A stretch of 64,000 nt of DNA, taken from Priapulus caudatus. Taxonomy: Eukaryota. The notes beneath the pieces are model-generated. The model was not told the DNA's origin, did no database searches, and worked only from the letters and a program-made list of their open reading frames with translations. A program made the position numbers and the translations under genes. The DNA lies in NCBI RefSeq assembly GCF_000485595.1, contig NW_014577068.1, forward strand, positions 554,023-618,022, given 5' to 3'. Position 1 is the stretch's first letter. Each line of letters opens with the position of its first letter. Positions 47,086 to 61,535 of this stretch are shown piece by piece.

Positions 47086-49187
47086 GATGGCCTTCTTGTC
47101 AAGGGCCTGTGTTGTTTGTAATGATGTGCTATAATGAACTGCTGTATATTTAGAGATATTGTTACCTCCGATGATGGTTTGGCTGCTGGGGCTACAATTT
47201 CCGTATATTCAGATATGTTTAAAGTAGAGTGTTTTCTGTCAGTTAAAGTTACGGTGTTGTTGAAAATCTAGGTGTTGTTACGGTTCGCGTTCTTGAACAT
47301 TTAGCTACAACAGTAGCCACCAGAGCCAAAAATTTCAGACATTGTGATCTTTCCATGTTCAAATTTGTAGCCAGATTATTTTTGGAATGTTGTGTCAGTG
47401 TAGACGGCAGCCGACTAAGTCGTGTCTAGGGCAGTCTTTGCTGAACGATTGGTGGCAAAATACTGGTCGGTAGTCGTCTATAGTCCAGCGAAGTTTTGAA
47501 CAGGGTTGGTCGTTTAGTTTGTTTCTACAAGGCATGGATTTTTTTGTTGTTTGTCAAATGATCTGTACTTCAACATATCATCAGTCAAAAAAATTCCTGT
47601 AATTTGCCGTTTAAGTGATTGGGTGTTTTGTGTCTCTTCACAGTGAATAAGTAATGGCTAGCCGAACTTAGTTGTAGTATCACGGCGCTGTTAGTAAATA
47701 ATATTTCCACCTTTAAATATATGCTGTAGATTTTAGTAACTGTTAGAGAATTCCATGTAGTGTACGCACTTACAGCTGTACAGTATTGAGGTATGGAACT
47801 GGGGCGTTTTACTCTGAAGAGACACGATTCACCGTACCACAGGTAAAAAGTGATATTTCTGTATTGATTCGCAACTGTTTTAGGTCCGATCCAGTGCCTT
47901 GTAGCATGTGTGTCACGTGGAACTGTTCCAAATTTGATAGGCAGTTTGGGCCTTGCACAGATAGCATGCTGTCATTACGTTGAGGTGAACATGATAACCA
48001 CTAGAATTAATAATCTTGACACATTTGTTGTAAATACAGTCAAGTGCATAGCCACTAACAGTTCTGTATTGCTTGTAAGTGTCAAGTAGATAAGCAGTTC
48101 ATCACTGTTTGCTTCCCTCTGCTCTGTACCTGCGTTCACTCCAGGTAACTTCCTATCTACCTTCTCTCTCCCGCACACTTCTCACCATCTCTGCGGTTCA
48201 TACGCTCTTTCTCTCTTGCTGTGTGTGTGCAGACGGCCCAAACTTGCTAGGACAACTCAGGAATTCATGTTCGTGCTCTGTGGAGTGTTGATAGTTTTGG
48301 CTTGAGCTGTTTTGGGTGACATGTCGATAAAACCAATCTGAAGAGGTGTACCACACGGATACGTTGATGGTCCGAGTGGAGCTAACGGCTTATTCACCAA
48401 TGCTGACAAACTAGCTGGTAGGCAGGCAGTTATCGTCAGATGATGACAGTAACGTGCGACTGCAGTTTTGATCTGTTATCGAAATTGCAGTTTCGGTATT
48501 TATGAGTGGCTTCATGTTCTCAGATCAGCGATGTTGTGATTGCTGCGAGCCAGCGGAATTTTTTGATTGGTTTGTTGATATTTTGGCGATAGTTGAACGG
48601 GTCCTGGTTAGCCAGCTTTATTGCAAGCTGCCTGGCTGCTGTCAGCATTGATGAGTATCATTGAGATGCACTGTGAACAAAATTAATTGCAAAAGATTAT
48701 AGTAATTCTATTTCACGGCACCTACGACAACACCTTATAAGATTGCTGGATTTAATGAGTACGGGCACAAAACACCACCTAGTGTGTCACCTGGCAGAAT
48801 GCTAACAAGCCATATTGTATAGGGGCTACAGTAAAGTTCAGTTTTCGGTTTGTTGTTCAGTCTTGTTTGAAACCCAGTGTTACGGTGTTAAATAAAATTA
48901 ATTCTATTCGCTGCTGCGTTCTGAACATTTGTCAGTGGAATGAAATAGAACTAAGTGTGTGATGTCGTCAGGCGTTACTTCAGCGATCGCTGCCAGAGAT
49001 TGTGTATGAGTGTGTGTGTGTGTGTGTGTGAGTGTGTGTGCGCGCACGCGTGTGCGTGTGCGTGTGTGTCGATGTCCATTTAGATTCTCCACAAATGGTT
49101 AGAAAACAGCAGCGATTGAAATAATTATTATAAAGAAATCAACTATCAATTTTGATTGCTAAGATACAAATATGTATCACATGGATA

Positions 49188-49193
49188 AATAAA
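49188..49193 (+). terminator. Candidate polyadenylation signal AATAAA (a second one at 48891-48896)
   Basis: Canonical hexamer with a downstream GT/T-rich element (gtgtattggtatttt). Confidence 0.5.
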
Positions 49194-50346
49194 AAGTACA
49201 CTTAAAAATTAATTATAATGTCTACGTGTATTGGTATTTTATCGATGTTTTTCATTAGCTACATACATAGCGTACATGAGACACATGCCCCAGTAGCCGC
49301 TATCCCAGAATCAGCCTCGTGCAATCATCTAAGAACATTTCAAAGTTCCATTTTACACATAACTTACTCCATTGCTTACCAAATTTAGTATACTCATTAG
49401 GGATCGAAAGGTTCCATCTGAAGCACTAAAACATGCTGTTTCCATGTTCCTTCGTTCCCACCCCTCCGTTATCCCATTTCCGGTTCCGTTAGCCCATTCC
49501 TGGTTATACTAACCGGCCGGGTTAGCGAAAATTCCCCTGTGTGCCAGAAATACGTCGTTTAGGTTAGGTAATAATATTTGCTTTTCCATTCTATTGAAGT
49601 TCTACAAATATTGCTACTACGGCGTGATTTTATGACGTTTTCTTCTATACTAGTCGATTATAGCGGAATTATTTTCGTTATGTTACTCGTTATTAGACCT
49701 TTTACGTTCGAACATGACTGATTGAATTAGATGCAAATACAAATAAAACTAAGATGAACACTGAGACATGTCTATAGAGGCTTTTGTGAACTTCGAGGAG
49801 CATTATAAACACATAATTACATAAACGCACAAACGTACTAAAAGTGCAGATAGTAATCCCTCGCTGTATGCAAGGTATGGTTTCTTGGGATGCTTATCGT
49901 AGTGCAAAATTTTGTAACATGAACCCTATTCTCCCGTTGACTTGCAATACATAATTGGAGTTGCCTCCCTGCAGAAATTTCCTCCGCGCGTAGTCGATCC
50001 GCAGCATACACCGAAGAAGAGATCTTCCTCTCGATCTGTTCTTTAGTTTATTGGGCGGTTCTGCGGGGTAGCATGTTAGACGTTCCCCTATGGCAACCCC
50101 CCCCCCCCATTGCGTATAAGCATGGGCATGCCTAGCAGGGCGGATGGCTCATGCGCATGGGTATTTCACCTTTAGTGTTCATACGTATTGTATAGGGGGA
50201 CCTTTTTTCATGAGGAGGCTGTCTACCATGGCACACCGGCCGCCCCGCCCAATAGCTAATGGAGAAGAAACGTAAATGTTATGCTGACAGGTGCCCTACA
50301 AAATATGCAATCACAGTACAAATTACTTGTCTATACTACATAATAT

Positions 50347-50386
50347 CAGGAGTAAGATAATATAGATCTATATTATCTTACTCCTG
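50347..50386. mobile_element. 40-bp perfect palindrome with 7-bp TSD ATAATAT (TIR-only remnant)
   Basis: CAGGAGTAAGATAATATAGA|TCTATATTATCTTACTCCTG. Confidence 0.75.
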
Positions 50387-52971
50387 ATAATATCATGGTA
50401 AATTTTGTACGATAAAGTTTCCTTTTTGATATACGAATACTTCATGGATATATGATATATAATATTATTGCTATAACATGATAATAAAATTTATTTTAAA
50501 TTTTGATTATCGTTTAATAATTATTAATAATAACATTGTAATTAATTGTCAGAAACGGTATGAGCACAAATCTTCAGTTGAACATGAGGCACGCCGCGCT
50601 TGCCTCATAGCAAATGCTATATGATACCCACGCCAAGAAAAATTATTTCGATTAATATTATGCTCTTGATATTATACGTCTGCGTCGACATTTCTGTGCT
50701 AACAGTTTAGAATTTCGGCAAGGGCAACTTACCGTGGGGCCTAATCCCGATTCAAGTTGTTATAATTTACAAATGCCATATGAGCGATTTTTTCGCAACC
50801 AGGTTGTCCGTAACATAGGGTATTACTAAATATAGGCCCTATTACCTACGGTCGGAGATTGATGGCGTTTCGTATTTGTTTCCTGATGATACAAATAGGG
50901 AAAAGGGAAATATAACGAGACGATAGAATGCCAATTCGCCCACCGCCGTGAGTAGAATAAATCCCGTCGACAGGCCGTCACCGTCGCTTCAACTAGCATC
51001 GCCAGGTGGCACCAGTAGTTTGACGCACGCATAGAAACAATACAATAGTTAGACTATACATGTAGTGTCCATATAATATTATATATTATATTGCTATTGT
51101 CGAGGCCCAAGACTCGAACCATTATCGTCTTTGCACGATATTAATTATTTTTGGCAGTTCTTTTGTTGTCTGTGCGCGTTCCGCTGTCTGTGCGCGTTAT
51201 CCGTACGCGTTCGCCACAATATTCAGTAATGGCATAATTCGCATTCCTCTATGGGAACATACATGGATGGTATAATGACACCAATTGCATTCATGAATTT
51301 CCTTATACGGTAGCATAAGAAGATATGTATTGGTAGATGGTTGTCAAACGAAATGCCATTTTATTGAAATTATACATTGCAAGCAGAGAGCGCATACTCA
51401 CGCACTAGTAGTGGGCTATGAAAAATGTGTAAATGCATTCCTATCTCAGTCTCTTCTAATATCTAGTCTAGCGTCTAACCTTTTCGCGGTTCCATATGAT
51501 TTGGTGAGGAGCATAATGATATATAAAGTCCTTCTGCACGCATGCCCAGACTCTGTCAAAACAAATATGATTTTGTGGAAATTATACTGTTTAAACAGAG
51601 AGCACGTACTTAGCATTAGTTTGGAATTAAAAATCTATCCCAATCTCTTACTAATTATAAGACGTCGCCTCTTTCCGATTTCCTAAACATTGTAGCACGT
51701 GGTTAAATCTATTCGCACATGCATGCGCATTATACGTATGTCAAATGACAGTATATCAGTGCAATATACATTTAATTAAAAAACACATACCCACTCGTAG
51801 TTTGTAGTAAAAATTACCCATTCCAATGGCCCACGAAAATGAATGATTTGGTAGAGAATCTGCTAGAACAGGTCATATATATGCGAAGAATTCTTATCCT
51901 ATAAACTTAAATAATTATACATATTCGAGATTAACTTACTTCTGGCTGGCCAAAAGACAGACAAGTTTTCTATATTTTTTTACAATTGCGCAATAAAATG
52001 GCATGGCCTAATAAATATTATTTAATGTATATATAGGTGTAGAAATCCCATCATATACGATGCGCATTTTACGCGGAATTATAAAGTTTAGTCGTAATTA
52101 ATTTCTCATTTAAATCAATCTTCGTAGATGGTCCATCTACAGCTAGTCTGGTCGGCCTCAGTTAGAGTGGGAAAATTAATGTATGAAATTATTTCTACAG
52201 GACGGATGTAGATTGAGTAGAGAAGTCTCTGGCTGTCGTCAGGCTGTTGTTGTTAGGCTGACAGTCGCTGATTCACAGTTACTCGCTGAGTCAGTCTATA
52301 ATGGTGTAAACATAATAAGAAATGCGCATATGTATCTGAAACATCGATAATATATAATTGACTAAACATATCTCTCCTGAAGCCATGTAGCAGACTTGTT
52401 TGCTGAAATTGTCTTGCTATTTAATGGTTCTATTTCATAGAACACACGTTATCAAGAGTAACGTATAACACAACAATAAAAGTATAATATAACTATATAA
52501 TTATATAATTAACAATATAATTAAACAACTAATAAAACAATTAACAATATAATTAACAATATAATTAAACAACTAATAAAACAATTAACAATATAATTAA
52601 CAATAACAGAAAAATGTAATTTTATTTATGTTACTCCCGATCTACATCGGGAGTAACATAAATAAAATTACATTTTTATACGTCACCTAGTTACGTCACC
52701 TATAATAGTCGTCCTAGGATAAACGTCACCTAGTTAGTTATAAAATTAGGAGCGCGTGGTATCAAATATGTTGTGCTCTTTATACTACCTTATTCCGGCA
52801 AAAAAATTATGTACGGTACCAACTTTGCACATCATCATGTACTGCATCATTCCACAGGATAGAAATCAGCAGTAAACTCAGCTGGACTATGTTGTAATTA
52901 TACTAATATGAGATTTTGATCCATGCTATAAACGTGTGGTATTTTGTGTGGCAAATATTTATACGTTATAT

Positions 52972-53021
52972 CAGAGTCTATCAATAGATAGTCTATCAAT
53001 AGATCTATTGATAGACTCCTG
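52972..53021. mobile_element. 50-bp TIR-only remnant with 7-bp TSD GTTATAT and an internal duplication
   Basis: CAGAGTCTATCAATAGAT-AGTCTATCAATAG-ATCTATTGATAGACTCCTG. Confidence 0.7.
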
Positions 53022-54158
53022 GTTATATTATAGTGCATACGCGTGTACGTGGGTATGTAGGTGATACATCTGGCGGTGCGATCATTTACCATTGAGAAAT
53101 TAAAGAAAGCGTATTTCATTCAAATTCACGCATACGTAAAAGTGATGTGGCTGTTCACTGTGACTATGTATTAGTTTGCTCACAGATGAAGGATGCTGTT
53201 GATTCCCAGCATTGCAACATCCCATAATACTATTACATCATTGCTCTAATTGCATGTATCATTGCGCGCGCACCTGCTATCAATATAAAACATATAAATG
53301 CCTAGTAAACTCATGTTGGTCTAGAAATAATAATATTAACACGAAATATATTACTTTCATCTGCTAAGGAGCAAAGTTAACCATTATAATACAAAAAGGT
53401 AAATTATGGGGAAAATAGTGCCTGGCGCAGTGACACCAAACGCATGGGTGATCTGGGCGCGTCCATGTTTCCGAAATCTTCAGCAGCAGCGTATATTTTG
53501 GGTGTGCGATTTTAATAAAATTACTGAGAAAGTAAGAGGATATAACGCTTGCCATCAGGCGCATATCTAGGACTGCAAATTCGTCTGTTTGGTAAGTTAA
53601 CAAATTAATTTGTATGCATGTGTTGTTACCTCTAATTCAACAGAACGCGTTATAATCAACGCAATGTGCCGGCGGTTAGTGGCGTATTCCCGCATATGCC
53701 TTCACTCATCGAATCACTGGCGAAGCGTCAAATTTCGTTCGCGAATGCTAAATGATTTATTGTGATTTGAAATTCATTTCATGCTTTCAACCGTTTATTG
53801 TGTAATATTGTAAGGTGTACATCTGTTTTTGTATGTGGTTTGCCTCGCCTAATATCGGATACACTCATACAGGTGCAATGCCAGTGATAGCGTTGCCGGC
53901 TACGACGATAACGCACGTTACACCCCGCCCCCTCGTTTTTCGCATAGTCACCGCAGAGGTCCCAAGTTGGGGAAATCCAAGAAAGGGATCACTTGTGATA
54001 ATGGTCCATCGCCGTTTTTTCGCGGTGCGCAAACACAGCGAAAAAGTTGTGGCGGGCTGCAACATATGTGTTTGTCGCGGCGCACCACCATTTTTTACAA
54101 CGTATACATGTAAAATAAACAAAGTATACATTTGATTTGTGGCCTTTTATTGTTCGCT

Positions 54159-54530
54159 GTGGCTATATGCCCGGCAGCCGGCACCCCCGGATAACCCTAA
54201 CCCTAACCCTAACCCTCCTGTTTACTTGAGAAATCACCGAAAATTAAAAACTGCCAGGCATTTAGGAGATCGAAGACCGTGCCCAGCAGCCGTCGGATGT
54301 TTTCTAAGTGTCGATTGCGAGTTCGTTCGCTCGGTGATCCGAAGCTAGGAGAATTGGGCTAGTTCGAATATACAGCTCTAACGAAAATCGCTTGACATTT
54401 CTAAACAAATGTAGAATACTTAGTTTGGATCACGTAAGTACACTGTTTACTTGAGAAATCATTGAAAATTAAAAACTGCCGGGCATTTAGGAAATCGAAT
54501 ACCGTGCCCGGCTGCCGGGCATATAGCCAC
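54159..54530. mobile_element. MITE with GTGGCTATATGCCCGGCAGCCGG TIRs, (CCCTAA)n and an internal direct repeat
   Basis: Inverted termini; ctgtttacttgagaaatca...accgtgccc repeated at about 54218 and 54443. Confidence 0.72.
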
Positions 54531-55351
54531 TTTGTTTATTGTTTGCTCGAATCAAAGTACATCAACAACCATGGCAAATTTAGTAATTTACTGATGTAAA
54601 TTTTAAAATATGGCTGAAAAATGTTTCGCGGCTTTCTGGACTTTCTGGGAAGCGGGACCAGCATGTAGCATCGGGACGATCCCGGTGAGACCGGGACACT
54701 TGAGATGTCTGCCAACGTGAGCAAGTTATATTCGTGGTGGATGTCAATGATGAATCATAATCTTCGCGTTTAACACTTTAAAGTGCACATGACAGATACA
54801 ACGACATAAGTATTTACACAACCCACTGTTTATATAGCCACCATAGCTACCATTGGCATTGCAAACATCATTGCAATTATGGATTTATGTATAATACACA
54901 GATCTTGGTGGGCGAGAGTGTTGTTATTATATGGATTCTCTATCTTTTAAGGAAAATAGAAGTTCTAATGTGTTGTTTTCGTAAGGCGATATATGTACTC
55001 AATCAGCACATATCTCTTATGCTGCCATTGTGACTGTAGCAACTATTACTCATATATCTTTGCACTTAATCTGCATGATACAGTTGGATGGATAAAAACA
55101 TAAAATCAGAGTGGCAACAGATATTAAGATGTTTCAAGAATGCTATTCATATTCACATTACTAGTGTTACGATCCGAAAAAGCGTCTAGAGTTAGAAAAT
55201 ATAAATCAAGTGAATTTTAGCTATTTAATTGTACTTATAAGGAAAAACCAGTATCATGCACCCATGTCATATAAATTTAGCATAAGTTCCTATATAGCTT
55301 TATCCAAATTTTTCATATTTGGTATGCAGGGAGAAAAGATGTTATTATTAT

Positions 55352-55380
55352 CAGGGGTTAATTGTCATTATTAACCCCTG
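55352..55380. mobile_element. 29-bp TIR-only remnant with 7-bp TSD TTATTAT
   Basis: CAGGGGTTAAT..ATTAACCCCTG; the flank is low complexity. Confidence 0.6.
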
Positions 55381-57232
55381 TTATTATTAAAATACAGAAA
55401 GGGGCCATAGATGGATCAATGAGTTAAAAGACATGGGTTTACATATTTTCTAATACATGGCCAAATAGATCTGAATCAAACAATTTCCTTTTGAGTTGTA
55501 CCATTGTGTAACCCATAGCGGTAAGTTTTTACTTGGCCTGATGAGGTTTCTGTGCTGGCGTGAGAATGAGTATTTATGCAGTCCTGTTAGGTAGACAGAT
55601 GCAAAATCAAGTGAAAACGTCATGACCTCGTAGCGACAAAATTCTCATTATGGAAAATAGACGGTGCCCTCCGAAGCTGTCTGCCACGTAGGAGTGACCG
55701 ATTTACATGTATGTTGAATCAACAGCCGATTCTTCTTGTTTTTGTTTGTTGGTGTTCATTGGTCGTTAGTACAGCCCTACAAATTAATGAATCAGCCTAG
55801 AATAAGCAGGTAAATATCTGTAGCTGTTGTAGATGCCATATATATGTGTCTAATGTTAAAGTTTACAATTTCACAGTTTAATTTAGCAGTGAAACTCAAT
55901 TTACAAGGTATTCATGTAGGTGGAAAAGCACGCTTTCGTAATGGAATTGCTACATACTCTGTGATTATGTAAGAATGCGTATACATGCGCAGGATACTTT
56001 GCACATATTTACCTTGCACCGGGTCTATTATGTATACGACTGTGTGGCCTAGCTGTGTGCATTCAGGCAGGCGAGTGTTTAGTATGCGTTCTGGCGCCAG
56101 TCTGTTTCGTTTCTCTCAGTGAATCAGCGGCTAATCGACCAGTCGATAATCATGCGAGCCTACGCTAAGTGTGCGTCTGTATGCATCCCGCCAGGCTGCA
56201 AATATTGTGTATGTCGACCGTTCCCGTTTGATGTCATCACAGGGAAATCATGAGTTATTGCTAGGCTTGGATGTAGCAGTTGCTGTAGCTTGTGCACTAC
56301 TTAATAACTGATCAATGCTGTTCCTGTCCCCCTTTAATGTCTCTGTATGTGATTGCCCAGTCAGTTGTGTGTACATTCTGGTGTGTGCGTAGCTTCAGAG
56401 CAGTAATTGGTTAGGGCCTCATAGCGGATCATATGTGTGTACTGCATGCAGTTAATGGTCTGGTTGGATTGTTTTACGCAGCATAAAGACTGGAATACGG
56501 GAATGCTGTTTATTGCCTATAATCACAATCAATTTACGCACTAATTACTATGTAAATGCATTGCAATGCATTACAAGTGAGGAAAGTGTTCAGTGAAGAT
56601 TTTTAATGATCGTTTGAATGGTATATCTACGTTGTTTCCATGATATGCATCAATTACAAGGTGATCTGACACGGGCTGTATCACCGAGAAGAATATTCTG
56701 ATCACACATAATCACATTGTGTGGTCATGGTCATACCAATCAACGGTATTAGGCTAATGATTGTTGTGCTGGTAGGACGTAGTTTTTAAATCTCATTTTA
56801 ATCAGTGCATGATGAACTGTACATAGGTTCTCATTATACGTAAACAAAACACATTCGATTATTTCGTAGATGCTAAACACCTAGGAAGATGAAAATTTTA
56901 GATTCAGCTATTGGTAAGCCTTGATAATATTGTTTATAAATATATATTGGGCCCGTGCAATATAAAGCAAGAATTATCAGTACAGGAACCAGCATGTTTG
57001 ACCAATGTTCTCTTTACATGCCGGTTTCTGTGGGTCAGTTGCTTAAATAGAACTACGTGCTGGCGTGTGAAGATATTGTCTGTTATTCCTGTGTACATAT
57101 GTAGTTTGGCAGATGAAAAGCAAAGGGAGAAGAGGAGGGTGAGGCGATGGAGAGAGTAGGATATTATCAAGATCGGTGCGCGTGCGGGTGCGGATTAGGA
57201 ATTCTATTGAATAGATATTTGCTTGCTACATC

Positions 57233-57233
57233 C

Positions 57234-57269
<36 letters not shown>

Positions 57270-57620
57270 CGGTCTCTCATCGCTCTCTCTCTCTCGGCTC
57301 TCTCTCTCACGCGGTCCTCAGTCGTCTCTTGGTCTATCTTGTCTCCCGCGTTGCCATTTCCTCCTCTCCTTCTGCTCTCCTCTCTCTCCATCTCATCCTC
57401 GTCTCTGCTCTCTCTACTCTCTCTCTCTTCTCTCTCTCTTAACTACTCTCTCTCTCTCTCTCTCCTCTCATCTCTCTCTTCTCTCTCCGCTCTCCTCTCT
57501 CCTCCTTCTCATCTTCTCTCTCTGTATGGTCTAATCTATCTGCCTGCTGGCCTGCCTGCTGCCTGCCTGCCTGCTTGCCTGCCTTGCTGCCATGCCTGCC
57601 TTCTATCTATCGCTATCTAT
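57233..57620. repeat. Degenerate (CT)n/(CCTG)n low-complexity tract
   Basis: Direct inspection. Confidence 0.9.
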
Positions 57621-59355
57621 CCATCTCATCCATCATCTAGTGATCCAACGCATCCCATTCCATTTCATCCACTCTCTAATTTATACCTCGCTCTCTCCCC
57701 CTCCCTGCTGTCTCCCCTTTCGTCCCTCCCCAACTCCCTCCATCTCTGTCTATATATATGTACATTGATGTACATGTATATATATATATGTATACTATTC
57801 CGGGTATTCCCCCTCTCTCTATTGGTCCGACGGGTATGGTGTGCAGTTCTTGAGACAGGGACGTTGATGATGTTGTAAAGTGAACAGCTTTAAAAAAATG
57901 TTTACAATGATTAGGCCTATCTTTCCCGAATTGGCTTTGGCACGTTATAATATATATATTTATATATATATATACATATACATGATATACTTGCTCGGAG
58001 GAAAAACGCCTAGGAACAACTTTTAGTGCAAATTTAGCCCCATATATTTTCTTAATTCTATGGATAGGTTCGTAACGGAGAAACAAACAATAGTTCGTTT
58101 TTGTAGTAGATATATATATATATATATATGTATAAATATATATATTAAACACGCGATATTTAAATTATGTAAATAAACGGTGTCTGGTTATAGTTATTAC
58201 AATGTTCTGTACATGTGACGTGATGCGGTATGGTTCATGCACGTGTACAGTAACTGCAAAGTTGTAGACTTTGTACAGAGTTATATTGATATACTGATAG
58301 TTTAATACAGCTGTTTTAAATAATCTAAAGCAATGACTAGTGACTACTGAAAAGCATTCATATCGGCCGATTTAAGTACCAGTGACCATTTATGTCACCA
58401 TGTACTATGTAGACAAGGCTGTTCCCGGGTTGTTCAAATTACCGTATATCTACAGTATGTAATTTAGGTAAAGCTGCAGTAATGCTAATCAAACCATCGT
58501 GTATGAGGAGGATACCTAACACGTACCTTCAAAAGTTCAATGTCAACCGGCTTTGATATGGTAGCGTTCAATGCGAGTGTTCAGATACATACATGTACAG
58601 AGTGACGGTAAATAGCGGATGTGGGATTGCACAAGAAGCGGGATTTCTTGCGGTTTAGCGTACTTTCATGTTTTTGATGGTAGCTGCTGCTTTGAGGTGC
58701 CGGTTGTACGCTCGTCACCTCCGCGGTGCGTGCGCGTGCCACAGCAGATGTTGAATAGAGATAGGACATATGTATGGCCCCTCGTTTGTCACCCCTGAGG
58801 GAACGAGCGGCACGCCTGCTACTGCCAGTACAGCTACTGACAATAGACAGCGAGGCCCGTAATGTTACTTACTGTACAGGTACCGGCAGGTGCAGGGGCT
58901 AGCAGTTGTTAATTGAAATAGTCCAAAATGTACGCGAATAAGTAATTTCCTTGTAGAAGGACCCTGGCAAACTAGGCGGGGGGTTAGCCTCGCACTCATC
59001 TAGTTTTTAGGGGAGTCTGTGAATCCGTATCTTATTTTCTGAGCGGTATTTGCACCGATGATGACTGTAGTCATGTGCAACGGGGATCAGAAGTAGACGA
59101 GGCTTTTGCTCGTACATTTACTACGATGCCTTTGCCAGTATAAACTGCAGAGCATTCGTAAGAGAGTAAACACAGTGTATACATGTTTTCATTCTGTCAT
59201 AACTATTTTAGACTGAAGTTATTGTACTACGTGGCCTTTTATTTTTAATAACCTTATATATTAGCCTTTTTTAAACAAAAAATTGTAATAAATAGTTTAA
59301 AGTTAATGATACTATTTTAAATCAAATGTAATACATTTTCTCACTGTGATATAAC

Positions 59356-59396
59356 CAGGAGTAAGATAATATAGGATCTATATTATCTTACTCCTG
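59356..59396. mobile_element. 41-bp TIR-only remnant with 7-bp TSD ATATAAC (same family as 50347)
   Basis: CAGGAGTAAGATAATATAG-GAT-CTATATTATCTTACTCCTG. Confidence 0.78.
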
Positions 59397-59500
59397 ATAT
59401 AACGACTGTGATAATAGATGTGTAGTATATTAATGGAGTTTTACCATAAAAAAAAAGAAAGTATGTACATAAATATATTATAGAACATCTACAGTACTAT

Positions 59501-59572
59501 CAAAGAGCTTATAATGATATATTATATAATCATATATATATATATATATATATAATCATTATAAGCTCTTTG
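59501..59572. mobile_element. 72-bp TIR-only remnant with (AT)n filler and 7-bp TSD GTACTAT
   Basis: CAAAGAGCTTATAATGAT...ATCATTATAAGCTCTTTG. Confidence 0.75.
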
Positions 59573-60946
59573 GTACTATCTAGTAGTAGTGCATTGTTCT
59601 ATACGATGGGTTTAAAATTTACCCATTTACTATTGACCAATCCTTCTACGAAGAATATCTTGCCCGCTATAATTTCCTGCAGTTGTCTGTAGTTAATTTA
59701 ATATTAAAATAATATGCCAAGATATATCATTGTAAATATTCTTCCGGACTAAGGCGTGAAAAAATGTTGTTTTGCAACATAAAACGAAATATTTCTTCCC
59801 TCTAAGTTTAACGAATCATCGAAGCTTGTCAGTACGGAAGTCATGCTAAAATATTTCAGAAAAATTAGCTGAGAAATGGTGCGGTCTGTAAAAGTTTGCG
59901 TTAAGGCATGGTTCACCATGTTCACTCTGCTTCTAAGCTTTCTATTCGCAATCGTAAAATGTATTTGTCTTATTTGATCTGCATATAGACATCAAGATGC
60001 AGCACAGCATGCCATCGATTTTTTGGCAATCAAATGCCGACAGTAAGAAAAAAAGAAGATAAAGAAGATGTTTTTTACTTATAGTAGTCGGCGGTCTAGA
60101 ATCTGCCTGGGGAGCGTGGTGTGTCGCGTGCGCTTCTGAGTGGGCTATTTTCGTGGTTTCTAGGCCATAGTGACCCAGCTACTGTTTATTTACGTTGTCA
60201 GACAAGCTAGCGATCAGTAAACACAGTTGGAGTGGTATAGTCGTGTAGCGCTGGAGTGTTGCTCCTACTGGTGTCTCCACTTATACACTTATTTAATCAC
60301 TTAGTGCTGTGAGTAAGCAGATGGATGTTGAATGTTTATGTATGGGGTTAGGGTGTTGTAAAAATTCTCTGGTATCTGGTCTCTCATCTGGGTTTAGCTT
60401 GTATGTAGCTCTGTCTTAGGATAACTTATGAAACTAGCCGTAATTGCGTCTGTTTTGTCAGGTGTAGAGGGCGTGTGCATAGGGCACCTATCCGCTTTGA
60501 TGCACGTATGCAGACACACGTATGGTTGCCTATCCCGGATCCTGTGTGTACATGCGTGGGTGCGTGGGTGTGTGTGTGACTGTGTGCGCGCGTGTGTGTG
60601 TGCGTGCGTGCGTGCGTGCGTGTGTGTGCGTGTGTGCGTGGGTGCGTGTATCTGCGCGCTTGCTTGTGCGTGCATGCGTATGTGTTTGTGCGCCTGTTTG
60701 TGCCAGTCTTTACAATATAAGAGACTTGTCATGTTTTAAAGACTCACTGCTTCACATCTTTAGAAAGCAAAAGCTTGGCTGCAGACTGACTGTCGCGCAT
60801 ACACAGGCCTTCAGTGGGAGTTGCCCTGCTATACGTTGATAGTGAGTCATCGTTTCTACCCGCAGATACGAACAAGTCAGTGCCCTGTTTGAGGAAAAAC
60901 AGTCAGGGGCTGTCTACATAATGAATATATTCTGTGATATATACGG

Positions 60947-60989
<43 letters not shown>

Positions 60990-61535
60990 ATGTGTGTGTG
61001 TGTGTGCGCGCGCGCTTGTGTGCGAAAGAATATATTCATAATAATTGAAATACAAGTCAGTGGTACGTGGAATGTATACATGTATCGCCATTGCAATTGC
61101 AGACGCCATTGTAATAAATCGATAGTTCGATGTATTGTTACACTACGCACACCCCTACATGATCACTTGACAGTACACGCAATCGTTTTTACCGCTGCCG
61201 TACTAACCGCTGCCGTAATAAGACCGACAGCAGCATCCGTAGTTCGCAGCTGTGCTCAGCAATAATGTGACTGGTGGGGGACAGTCTCGTGATGTCCTAC
61301 TGTGGAGCGTGCTCCGGCTCCCGCGCTGTCTCCGCGTATACCCTGCATCGGCTGTGTATTCCACACGTCGGCAGCGACGGTCGACGTTGAAGCCCACCAC
61401 GCCGCGCGTGTACATGTGCCGCCGCCGTGCAACGCCTCGCAAAACTCGGATGTCGATATCGATTTTCGGCGCAAATTCGCGAGGATGCTGGCGGTGCGGC
61501 AGCAGACCTGCGCGTGTCGGGGTGAGGCGGCGTGA

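Larger units (their letters stand above)
42831..49215 (+). other. Putative long 3' UTR of CELF, about 6.3 kb, possibly containing an intron
   Basis: G/T-skewed sequence with few recognisable transposons after the stop, (TG)n tracts, ending near AATAAA 49188-49193 followed by GT/T-rich sequence. Confidence 0.55.

Noticed and set aside
47894..47900. miR-124 seed match GTGCCTT in the 3' region
   Set aside because: One 7-mer in about 6 kb is within chance expectation without conservation data.
57147..57878. 243-aa Leu/Ser-rich ORF
   Set aside because: It is a translation of (CT)n low-complexity sequence.
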